Positions 25,436 to 37,670 of a stretch of 64,000 nt of DNA are shown in pieces (position 1 is the stretch's first letter; each line of letters starts with the position of its first letter). The position numbers were made by a program, and so were the translations under genes. The DNA lies in NCBI GenBank assembly GCA_050084985.1, contig JBITNC010000001.1:27900001-27964000 (forward strand). The letters are read 5' to 3'. The DNA comes from Nageia nagi (Eukaryota; Plantae; Pinophyta). Under the pieces are notes generated by a model. That model was not told the origin of the DNA. It saw nothing but the letters and a program-made list of their open reading frames with translations, and searched no databases.

Positions 25436-28400
25436 AACATCCGGAGTCATATCGCATCTTTGTGACATCCTTGAGCATCACCAAACAAAAGCCAAACTTT
25501 CAATAGTTGGTGAATATGTTGCAACAAGAAGAGGATTTCTATGAGAATTCGAATGAAGAAAAGCATACAATGGTGTCCACTCAAAAAGGCAAGAAGCAAC
25601 ATAAGGGAAAATGCAAGTCACAAGACACCAATACACTGAAAAAGAGTTGCTTGATTTGTGGAAAGAAGGGGCATGACCTGGAAGATGGTTGGTACAATTC
25701 TTTCGCTCAAGGCTCTTCGAGTGATAAGAATAAAAAACATAAAGGACCTCCTCCTAAGAACAAAGAAGAATGGAGGCATCAAAGACCGTAAAGACAACAA
25801 CAAGGGAATGTTTCTAATGCTGAAGAAGAGGAGACAAAAGATATTGCTCTTGCCCATCTCAAGAGCAATCATCCATAACCACCACTTGGTATGTGGATTT
25901 TGGTGCTACCAAGCAAATGATTGGTTTTTTTCTTTGGATGAGAAATCCTATCCTGGTTAAGTACAATTGCAACATGACACACCCTATGCCGTTGAGGGGA
26001 AAGAAGATGTGCAAATCCATCTTGTGAAACATAACTGTCAGATTAAGGAGGTCTTGTATGTGCCAAGACTCAAATAGAATCTCGCTTGTCAATCAAATAT
26101 TGGATCACAAACTCAAAGTGGAGTTTGATACTTTGGATGGAAAGAAACATTGTTTAAATTGAGACAAATCCAAAGATCCTCGGATTTTGGCTTGGGTAAT
26201 AGGAATTGGGAAGATGTTCGTGCTTGATGTTGTGGCTTCCAACAATCATGCATTCATTGTTAATGTTTCAGATTTCACCATTCTTTGGCACCATAAATAT
26301 GGAAACATGAATTCCAACTACCTAATTTCCTTGCAACGGAATAAGATAGTCCATGGTTTTTCCTCTCTCACTTCTACACCTATTTGTTGTTGCATCACAT
26401 GAAAACAACATAAGGTACCTTTTGAGGCTAGCACCCATCGTGCTAAGAGACTTGTTGATGTGAGTCATTTTGATATGTGCGGCTGCATGAAAGCTGACCA
26501 CATTGGCAACCGATATTTTTTGTTGTTTGTTGATGATTACTCCCAAAAGATGTGGGTGTATTGCTTGAAAGGAAAACTACTTTAAAGAATTCAAGGCTTA
26601 TGTTGACAGTGCCACTAGTTGTCAAATCTATGTACTCTGCTTAGATTGAGGAGGAGAGTACACATCAAATGAGTTTTTTGTGTTCTTGGTAAAGAATGGG
26701 ATTCGATGGAAATTGACCATATCATACACAACACAACAAAATTGAGTTGTTGAACAATGAAATCGTACCATTATAGAGATGGTGAGGAGCATGTTGAAGG
26801 ATGCAAAATAACATCTTGCTTTTTGGGCTGAAGCTATGAAGATGGTAGTATATCTATTGAATCATGTAGTTGCTAAAGCTCTTGAGGGGATAACTCCTGA
26901 AGAAGCCTGGTCAGGGGTGAAACCATCTATCTCTCATGTTCAAGTATTTTGTTGCACGACCTACATGCACATTCCCAAAGAGCAACTAACTAAGTTGGAA
27001 GACAAGTCCTCAAGGTGCATTTTTCTCGGGTATATTGGCAAATCTAAAGGCTATAGGCTCATGGATCCTACTACTCGGAAGATATATGTGAAGAGAGATG
27101 TTATCTTTGATGAGATTGATGATTCTCCAACCAGTTCACTTGTAGCTCCACCTATTCTTGACAATAATACTATCATCACTCATGATGACGAAGATATTGA
27201 GAGAGGAGCAGATCATGTTAAGTGTTTGACACCAGATCACTCCAATCAGCCAACTTGGTATAAGAAAACATTGCATGATTTACATTTGAGTGCTTTACTA
27301 GACACTTATACTTCTAGACTAAGGACACGTAGCATGGCTCAAGATGAAGTGAATCTATAAATAATGAGCATGATGGTGAATAGGCTTGAACTTGAGATGG
27401 TTTGTGAGACCCTTGATTTACGCCATTGGAAATCAACCATGAAGGTTGAGTATGATTCCTTGATGAGAAATGGTACATTAGAGTTAGCAAATTTTCCACC
27501 GAGGAAGAAGGCTATTGGATGCAAGTGGGTCTTTAAGACAAAGTACAAAGTTGATGGAACACTTGATAAACACAAGGCATGACTAGTTGCAAAGTAATAT
27601 GCCCAAGAGAAAGGCATAGATTATGAGGATACGTTTGCTCCCACAACCAAGATGAAGACCATCAAGATTGCTTTTGCAATGATTGCACAATTTGAATGGA
27701 CAATGCATTAGATGGATGTGAAGAGTGCCTTCCTGAATTGAGATTTGGAGGAAGACATCTAGATGCAACAATTTGAAGGATTTGTTGTTGATCCATACGA
27801 AGGAAAAGTTTGTAGATTGATAAAATGTGTATATGGCTTAAAATAGGCTCCAAGAGTTTGGTACATCAAGATTGATGAGCATTTACTACAACATGGCTTT
27901 GTTAGGAGTCCTTATGATCCTAATCTCTATGTTCAACAAAATGGGGGGAGATAGATATTGTTGATTCTATCTTGTAAGGGGGACCTCAAGAAATCATTTG
28001 ACATGACTGATCTTGGTTTACTTCATTAATGCCTTAGATTAGAGGTCTAGCAGATGCAAGACTGCGTATTTGTTTCATAGATGAAGTATACCAAGAGTTT
28101 GTTAGAGAACTTTAAGATAATAGAGTGCCAATCCATGTCCACACCTATTCAACCTGGTTTACTTTTGTCACACCATTATAGTTTCCCACATTTAAAGGCA
28201 ACTCTCTATTGTCAATTGATTGGATGGTTAATTTATGTTCCATATACTAGGCCAGATATTTCCTATGGTGTTAGCTATCTTTCTAGGTTTATGCATGAAC
28301 TTAAGAAAACACATTGGACATCAATTAAGTATGTGTTGAGATATATTTGTGGTACTGATAGTTATGGCCTAGATTACAAGACGAATGATAAGTTCTTTTT

Positions 28401-29176
28401 GATTGGATACATTGATGTTGATTATGGAGGATTCTTGGATGATAGAAGATCAACAACTGGATATGTGTTCTTTCTTGGATTTGGACCGATTCCTTGGGGT
28501 AGTAAGAAACAAAGTAATACATCAAAATCTACCATAAAGTTGGAATACCATGCTATTGCAGAGGTTGTTTGTTAGACAATATGGTTATGTCGCAGTTTGG
28601 TAGATATTGGAATACCACAGAGTGAGCATAACATTCTGCACTGCGACAATCAGGGTGTATTGAAACTGGTTCACAATCCAAATTTTTATGAGCGCACCAA
28701 ACATATTGAAATACAAGTGCACTTCATTTGTGACCATGTTTCACTACACAACATTCAACTTTGTTACATTTCTACAAAAGAGCAAATTGCGGATGTTTTC
28801 ACTAAATCTCTTGATTATGGAAAGTTTGAATACTTTCAAAGTTTCCTCGCATGTTCTTTGAGGACCTAATGTATAATGGGGGGTCTGCTAGGATAATAAT
28901 ACATTAGTGGTTAATTAGATTAATTATAGATTAGTGGTTAATTATATGATAGTGATTAATTATAGATGTATATTGTTTTTAGGATTCCTTTTCTATTTTT
29001 AGGTTCTCCTTATTGTATTTATACTTGATTAAGGAATGTAATAAAGTAAGCCTCTTATTCCAATCTTTTAGTTTAATATTCCATTACTCAATGAGAATGT
29101 AACTCTCGACTTTTTGTATTTAGACCCTTTTTCTCATTAATAAAAAATACACTCTGTTCTCTTAAGTTTTCTAATA
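25436..29176 (+). mobile_element. Ty1/copia element 1 (5'-truncated, decayed gag-PR-INT-RT-RH plus LTR)
   Basis: CLICGKKGH zinc knuckle; WYVDFGA protease; LWHHKYGNMN; RCIFLGY..SKGYRL; AIGCKWVFKTKY; MDVKSAFLN; TRPDISYGVSYLSRFM; CDNQG...RTKHIEI. PPT precedes 28886. Confidence 0.95.
28886..29176 (+). repeat. copia LTR shared by elements 1 and 2
   Basis: TGCTAGG...CTAATA. A PPT-like G run lies immediately upstream and PBS TGGTATTAGAGC (29177-29188) immediately downstream. Homologous to 56124-56349. Confidence 0.88.
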
Positions 29177-31240
29177 TGGTATTAGAGCAAGTTTGATTTT
29201 AGTCCTTTCGCAATCTACCCAAAAAGTGATGGTTGCTGTCCATTACTAGGGAATGATTGTTGTGGAGAACAAAAAACTCGTAGATCTATGAAAAATAAGA
29301 CGAGCCAGCCATTCTGGTGGTGAAGAGAGAATTGGCCAAAGAGAAAAAATATACAACTTGCCTTTTGGGATGGCTGTTGCATTGAAGGAATGGGGTTTGT
29401 GCTTTCTTTACGCATGACTTGCTTGCTTTGGATTGTTATTGTATTGAAAACATAAAGAGTATTGATATTTGCATTGAAGGAGAGCACAACCATTGTAGCC
29501 TTCGTGCGTACAAAATCAAGATGTTAGAGAAGAAAACCAATCATTTTGGTCATGTTGAATTTTGAATGAAGATAGTGAGGAGGGAACGCCCAACACCCTC
29601 ATCTTCTACAGACCTCTATTAAAATTGAGAGGGGCTTTACACATTTGTAGAGATAGAGATCACACAAATTTTTGGAGAGAAATGTATTAAACCCAACATG
29701 CATATAGAGTTTGCAATCGAGAGAATTGTGCCCAACAAACTGCTTGTGTAAAAGCGCACGTACAGAGTGAAGAATTTAAACACCTATGAAGAGAGAGAAG
29801 TGGCTCTCAAAAACTAGGCCTAAGTACTGTCCAAAAAAATACAAACCTCAAGCATTGTGAAGCTTTGGGAAGAGGATTGTGCATTGCTTATTTGCAATAC
29901 TGCGCATGGAGTGAACGATGAAGTAGAGGTGTAGTAAATCGGAAACTTGCATTTTTTGATAAAAATGGAATTTATTATGGAAGTTAAATGGAACTTGAAG
30001 AAGAGAAACACACAAAATCTATGCATGCTCGTCCGCCCAAAACGCCTAGCCAAAAGAATTGAAGTTGTGCCCAAAAATATGAATCACGGTAGGAATTTTT
30101 TGTTGTTGAAAGAAGTTGCTTGCCAATAAAATGGAATTAATATTTTTTGGAGACTAAAAATCTGGTTTAAAACACACCTAGCTTGCCCAGTCATAACCGT
30201 GTGAAGAAAATGGCACGAACCTTGTTTTAACTTATGCTTGTTGACGTGACTTTCTTTTCACCTTGTGGGAAACAACACAACAATGGTGAGGTAATGTTAC
30301 TTACCTCCACTTGAAAGGACTTTAACCCCAAGGTTTATACGTCTTCGAAGCTCAAAAGGGCCTCTCGTGACTTTGGACAGATGATCTAGCAATTGTTTTT
30401 CTTTCTTCGTGGAAATGAGTCAGGTGAGGATGTGCTCGGGGTGGTTAACTTACAATTTATTTACGGACCTATTGGGCTTTCTCTGCAACTTTCTTTGTCT
30501 ACGTGATGGCACTTAGAGCAAAAGAATATGAGGGAGGAAGTAAGAAGGGTTTGGCAGTTGATGGTGAGATAAGTAATGATTGGTTACTGCTGTACAGGGT
30601 TTGGGGCTTTGGCTTTCAGATTTATTAGGAGTTTATGCTATAATTATCAAGCAAGGGAGGAAACGACTTGGTTTGGATCTTTCCCAAGCGAGAGCACGAG
30701 GCAGTAGTCAAGATGGAAGTGTGGAATAAGATTCATCATTCAGTTATCCATTTCCCAGCAGATAAGACCAATCAAATATCATAAAAGCAAAGTAATCCCA
30801 AAGTGTTACAACTTTATGCAAACTGCAGAAACGATCATTCATGCATTTAAGAAAAATATTCAACTATCTTTTCCTTAAGTGCTGAACTTTCAAAGGAAAT
30901 GCTTGTAAATGCACAAATGATACAACAACATGATTAACATGTCATATACGCTATTGCAATCCCATGAAATAAACAATCACACTTGCATTAATAATAAAGC
31001 TTCCCATAATAATAAGTCATACATACATGCAATGGAAACCTCAACTCCAAAATATGCTATCAAAAGAGTTCCTTTCAGCTCATGAAGAAATTGCTATATC
31101 TTGTACCTCCATAAACATATCTCTTCATCTACCTCTATATCTCTATATCCATATCCATCTATATCCATCCTCTCCTCAAAAATGACTTGGTTAGAGGTAC
31201 TTATAGTATACATCTCACAACTTCATTAAATGAAGCGTCT

Positions 31241-31442
31241 TCCTAACATTAATTATGGAGCTTCCCTAAACAACCATGCAATCCTAATACCATATTGAAA
31301 AAAACAGAACCATCAACACAAAGAAACTACATCTACGTAACTTTCTAACATTAATTATAGAGCTTCCCTAAACAACCATGCAATCCTAATACCATATTGA
31401 AAAAAAAAAACCATCAACACAAAGAAACTACATCTATGTAAC
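31241..31442. repeat. ~101-bp tandem duplication
   Basis: ctaacattaattat...catcta(c/t)gtaac repeated twice with few mismatches. Confidence 0.9.
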
Positions 31443-31599
31443 ACTGCTCAAACGTCACATCAGTATCTGATCATACCAAATTAGATTAGATTTCTTCAGT
31501 CTGTCATATCAAAGTCTTTTTGAAACTGTGGGAGCAAAATGTCATCCGTCATAGTGCAAAATTTAAAATATAAAAAGTCTTAAAACAAAAAATACAATA

Positions 31600-34500
31600 T
31601 GCATTTTTCTAATTGTCCCTTTGTGGGATCGACATCTTTGGCGTGGGCAGCAACAAAGACGTTCTCAGGAATCCCATGAAACTTGTCATCGAAGAAAGCC
31701 TTGGCCTTGCCGAGTCCTACAGCAAGTGCGCCCAACAACTCTTCATCCTTTGTATTATGAAAGTCGACGATAATTTGAGAGGCGGCCTCCATCTGGAATT
31801 TCCAGGTGACCAAATTCTGTTGGTTTTTTATATGAGTTTCGACCCTCAGCAAATTCACATCCTTTGCGAAAATGAGCTCCCTTATGACGTTTTGGACTTC
31901 TTGCATTATGAGCTCGACTCGCCTGCACTCTTGTCTTCGTTAATGAAACTAATCGGTTGCACAAACTGGCTCATCTGAAAGTTTAGAGCGGATATCAAAT
32001 CGGTTCTCGCTTGAGTGAGGTTGGCGCATTTCGCCGCTATGAATGTTAACCAACGCAGATATAAGCTAACTCTTGACAGTACTACGCTCGGCTAGGTTGC
32101 CTCGTAGATGCTCTTCTGATGCTCTAGACAACATGTTCATAATTCTGAAAATCCTATCGTAGCTGGGAAACTGCTGTGGCCATGTTCTCTTCTCCCTTCT
32201 GTTCGTCCGTGAGGGCAACCAGTCGGAGCGAAAGCTCATTGACCACTCTCATTATTGCATTGACAATGTTTCCTTGGTCATTGTTATGTCAATATTCAGT
32301 GAGGCTTGCACTTTGACATCTTCGACGGTCATTTTGGCAGCTTCTATCTCCTTCACCAGTTTATTCTTGTGAGCCAGGTCCCTTTGCATCTCCTTGACCA
32401 TGTTTTCTCTTTCAACCCCTTGTCTGACCATCTCATCCACATTATACCACCCAATTTTCTTGACTTTGAAATCCTTGGTGTGGACCCGCACATCTTGCAA
32501 GTCTTGTGGATGCTTCTTCTTGGAGTAACATCTATTGATGGTCACTCTATCACTTTTCATAGATACAAAGGTATCCATCTTTTCAATCGGAGAGCATTCT
32601 GACGTATTTTCCCTTCTTGGGCATGATTCGTACTCATCACTTTTGTAGCTCATCTAGAGATCTTTGATGACTGCGTCAATATCAAAATCATATTCTTTCT
32701 AAGGACCCGAACCTGTTGCAACGTTAACTACAGTAGTGTTTGTATTTGCAGGGGTAGACTGTTTGGGGATCTCTTCGATTCTCAATTGCTGGCTCTTTAT
32801 TTCAATTGACCTTTCTTTATTTTTCGATGGCCTGTGGCTGCCATGTTCTTGCTGCTTTCTTTTCTTTCTTTGCTCCTCACTCTCGCCTTTGTCTTCTTCA
32901 TCTCCTCTATCTCCAGCTTTTGAGGCTTTGCTTAATTTTGAAGGCTTGTTAGGGGTCGTTCGAGAAGTCTCCTTTCTGGGGGATGGCCTCCTCTTCCTCC
33001 TTGGGGTTGCGGATTTTGAAGAAGCAACTTGCCTCACTGATGTTGATCTAGTAGGCAAAGTTTCACCAATCTCCTCTATCTTGGATTCCGCCTCAATGTC
33101 TACGATTTGGGTATCCTTTGTATCAAGTCTTCACCATCCTCATGCTCTTTCTCGGTCCCTTCTGAATTAGATTCACGTGAACCTGAGGATTCAGAGGATG
33201 TCTTAGAATTAAAAGACGAGCTTGAGTGATCAAGCTCTTAAAGTTGGCTTGTTGTGGGAGCATTATCTTGAGTATCCGCTTCAATGGGCTTTGGAAATGA
33301 GTTTGGTGCATAATCTTAAGTGGGTGTCAAGAGGTTTGAGAGAGCCAACGGATTATCAACCCGGATGGGTACGATGGGAACCATGGGGTTGTCTTCGGGG
33401 ATGGCATCCTCAAGTTGCTGAAGTAGGAAATCCGGATACCCTGTCTCCTTCATGATGTCAACATCTTTGGCAATTTCTTTGACAACGGTATGTATTTGTT
33501 AGCTGGGATTGCTCGTGGGTCATTTAGGCTCTGGATTCTTCTATCAATACGTCCTTTAGCTGCAAGAATTCGATGAACTTCCTGAATCTGCTTCTCCTCC
33601 CTCTTGTTCCTGTACCTTTCCTTGTCTCCAAGAGGTTGATGCTCATAGGCTTCAGGATTTCTGAAGGCTTTCTATAAAAACATTGTATCCTTCCTTCAGG
33701 ATCATAGTGAGAAGCTGCCTGCTCCTCACTCAAATGATAGTAAGACAGTTCAATACCCATTTCCTTTGTCTCCTACCAAGTTGAGCAGGTGTATTCCTCG
33801 ATGGAAATGGGGAGGTTTGTAGTGGCATTCTTTTTCTTCCAAACATTCTCATACAAGAACAACAATTGTCTATAGAATTTCATGAGGATGAGGCGATTAT
33901 TGGCATACCAAGGCAAGAGATAAGGCCTACTTTCAGATCCATAGACTCGGATATAAGTGTGTGCGTGGTCTTCTAGAAAGTAATCTGCATGTCCTCAGAT
34001 AGCCTCAACGGCAGAATCGGATATTCTCTTTGCCATCTGCGTCCCCTTTATCTCCTTGTAGATATGATATTCCCACCCGTCGTTGCTCATGGAATAATAG
34101 TCCCACCTGGACTCTAGCCACCACTTGGAGTATAGCCTTCTCAGGGTTATTCAAGACTTCCATGTCTGCATGGGTTGATTTCCTATTTCTACCATGGAGG
34201 GAAGGAAAACAAGATAGTAATTCACGTAGAATTTCTTCGAGGAGCCAATGTGAGCTAGCTGGAAAAATAGGGAGTTAGTTATCACCTTACTCCACTTTAT
34301 CTTCGGCCTATTCCCAATCACAGCAATGAACTTGGTGAATTCCTTTCGGAATTTGAAATCATCCTCTTTGCTAGTGACCTTGGATAGCATGCTAATGATT
34401 CTGGACACTATGGGGTAGAAGTTCTGCCTCTTTGCATTCATTAGCTTGTTCCTTGTAAATCCCTTGCTCTCATTCTCGAGCCAATCTCTGATAAGATCCC

Positions 34501-34951
34501 CAGCTCCCGAAGACTTCTCATAGTAATCTAGGGAATCCTTCTCGGTATAGACCACTCCTTTGCTGCCCCATTTGAAAGCCTCCTCGATCCCTTGTGGAGA
34601 GAAGTCAAGGATTTTTTTACCATCGGTGTCATAGAGGGCGCGGTCTTTGAAGTTGGTGTGTTGGCCTAGTTCGTAGCATAGCTCGGGAAAAGGAACAACA
34701 AAAGGGATTAGAGTGGTCGTGGCCAATCTTGATGTGCATATGACCTTCCTAAGGATCTGAAATTTATCTAACTCCACAATAGCTTGTAATATCCGGATTG
34801 GGTTAGTATGTGACTAGTTGGTGCCTCAGATGCTGGTGAAACTGTTTTTGAATCTAGCCTACCTCAAAGGACCCTCAGGATTCTCTTTAGCAAATTCAAT
34901 CTGATTGGTCTCGGTCAGTCTAGCTAGCTGCAAATCTCTCTTTTTTCCCAT
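31600..34951 (-). pseudogene. retrotransposon accessory ORF, copy A (unknown function)
   Basis: ORFs 34151..34777, 33524..33760, 32699..33058, 32252..32653 and 31580..31906 form one decayed protein homologous to copies B and C. Confidence 0.75.
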
Positions 34952-37670
34952 TGTAGAGTTTATCTTTGACATCTCAAACCTGCACAAGTAGACCAGGGTT
35001 AGTAGCAACTGAAGTAAACAAACTGGACAAGGTGCAAAGAAGGATGCGATGCCTGATAGACTTGTATGTTTTAATGCAAATGCAAGTAGACTTGATAGTA
35101 AATGTTTGTGACAAAAAGGTGGTCAGCCTTTCCACATGCAACGTTGCTAAAATATGACTTAAATGATCAATGCATGAATGTGTCCATTTTGGCCACCTTG
35201 TGGGACCCGATTTTAAATAAATATGCAAATGTTCATAGGATCTGGTCGCACCAAATTCGAATGTTATCTTTCTAGCTTGGGCAAACGATGCGACAACGAA
35301 GGTTGACTTTATATGATGTGACAAAATGGAAGGGCGATGTACAATGCCAATGCTTGACTAACTATAAACAAAGAGAAAATCTCATGCATGCATGGATGGA
35401 ATTTGGGACATGATGCATTTACGACTCAAGTGACCATGCAACAAAATTTCACTTGATTAATGCAAACTTAATGGTCTCAACAAATTTGAGAGATGGATGT
35501 CTATCTTCTTGAAATCATTTAATGCAAGGTGGCGTTAATGAAAAAAGGTGGTGGACTAACACGAGACATAGAATTAAACGCAAAAGGGTGGTCGCACGCT
35601 TTTGGAGAGATGGGAATGCAACTTGACAAAATCGTGTGACCAAAGCAATGGTACAAATGATGTGCTGAATTTGGCTAAGTCTCCCCTTCCTTTTATAGAT
35701 GCTTGAAGTTGCCAAGTGGCAACATCTTGAGGCAAAGATGAACTGATGCCCTGAGGAAGAGTGGGGGTTGATAACCCCTATGAAATCAAGTCGCCATTGC
35801 GCGAATGGCCTGGACTCGAGAACGAGTTGTAATGGTATAGTGAAGATTTTCTGTCTTCCGACCGAAATCTGGCATACATGGTATCTCTTTGTATACTCGT
35901 GAGCATCTTTAAAGATAGAGGTCCAGTAATATCCAATTCTTAGAATCTGATGGGCCAAAGCACCATCTGAAGCATGGCCTGTGGCATTTTCCTAATCATG
36001 AAATTGCTGTAGGACCTCTTTGCTCTGGGCATCTTCTAGACATCTTAAATACAACCCATCATAGTTTCTTCTGAATAATTTGCCTTCTCAGATCATGAAC
36101 TTTGCAACTTTATACGTCAAAGCTCTTCTTTGTGACATGTTGAAGTGAGGAGGGTAAGTCCTTGTCGTCAGATATCTGATTATATCTTCATATCAGGAGC
36201 TTTTAGGTAAGGTAGACCCGGAAATCTTTATTTCGTCATCTTGGGGATCACTTCTGCAATCAGCTAATAACTTTTGAGCCCTTGTCCATGAACTAGTTTC
36301 ATTGGTTGGATAGATAGATCATATTCTTGAAGAGCTAGAACCCAATTTCCCTGTTTCTCTCCTAATTCATGTTGGATCATAAGGGATTTCACTACGGGAT
36401 CTGCAACGATGGCTAAAACTTGGCTTCGTAGAAGGTAGTGCCTGAATTTTTTCACTAATTGTACTAAAGCATAGGCTTGTTTCTCCATCGCAGAGTACCC
36501 AAAGGTAGCATCCTGCAAAGGAATGCTCATAAAGGCTATTGGTCTTTCTTCTCCGTTATCATCCCTTTGGGTGAGAAAACCAGCAATGGAATGATCAACC
36601 TAGCAAGAAATCTTGTATTATCATATTACTAGGCCTCTCAAATGATGTTCAATCCCATTTGTATGAATCCAAAGATGTTGCCGATGCATGGAAGAAGTTA
36701 CAAGTGTTTGCATCAAATAATCAAATTAGATTCAAAATTTGCAAGGACAATTCCACATTGAATTTGAAAAATGGTGTCCACATTGAAATTGAAAAGTGGT
36801 GAACAATTGGAATCCTTCCTTTACAAATTTGTGAAACTTCGTGCCTTGAGAGAACTCCTAAAGGCTTATTGCACCTTTGTGACAACACTAAACATCCTAA
36901 AGCAAACGCGTAATTTTGAAGAGTTAGTAAACATGTTGCAACAAGAAGCTTCCCATGAGAAATCCAATGAATAGGAACATGTCATGATGTCCAACAAGAG
37001 AGACAAGAGGCATTTACAACAAAAAGGTAAAGGCAAGAATTTTATAGTCGAGTGACAAACAAAAGAAAAGTTGTTTGATTTGTGAAAAGAAAGGACATGA
37101 ATTTCAAGATTGCTTGTATAATTCTTTTTCTCAAGGATCTTTGAGCAATAATAATAAAGTACAAAATGGAACACCTCCCAGGAACTAGGGGGAGCGGAGA
37201 ACTAGAAGACCACCTCCATGAAGACAACAACAAGGGAATGTTGCTAAAGAAGAAGAGAATAAACTTCAAAATTTTGCACTTTTTCATTAGAAGAAACCAT
37301 TAGTTACATCCACTTGGTTTGTTGATTTAGGTGCTTCCAAGTACATGATTGGCCGAAAGTATTGGTTTACTTCCTTGGATGACAAATCCTATCTTGGTCA
37401 AGTACATTTGGGCGATGACACACCCTATGACATTGAAGGAAAATGAGATGTGCAAGTCTATCTTGGAAAGAACAATTGTTAGATAAAGGAAGTCTTGTAT
37501 GTGCCAAGACTCATAAAGAACCTCTTGCTTAAGTCAGATGGTAGCTAAAAACCTTATGGTGGAGTTTGATATTGTGAATGGGGAGAAGTATTATTTCATT
37601 CAAGATAAATCCAAGGCTATCGAATTGTGGCTAATCTTTAGGAGTTGTAGAAATGTTCTTGCTTGATGTT

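Larger units (their letters stand above)
30239..36600 (-). mobile_element. truncated Ty3/gypsy (Tat-like) element: RH-INT remnant followed by ORF-bearing 3' LTR
   Basis: EERPIAFMS...YSAMEKQAYALV...KFRHYLL (RNase H); AHQILRIGYYW...HVCQ...RPFAQWRLDFIG (integrase) at ~35730-36600. Then CTATAAAAGG near 35695, a decayed ORF ~34951-31600, and terminus CACGTCAACA at 30239. Confidence 0.88.

Noticed and set aside
32736-33170. Plus-strand 144-aa ORF, and similar ORFs at 53654-54199 and 49999-50259
   Set aside because: Antisense shadows of low-complexity parts of the accessory ORFs.
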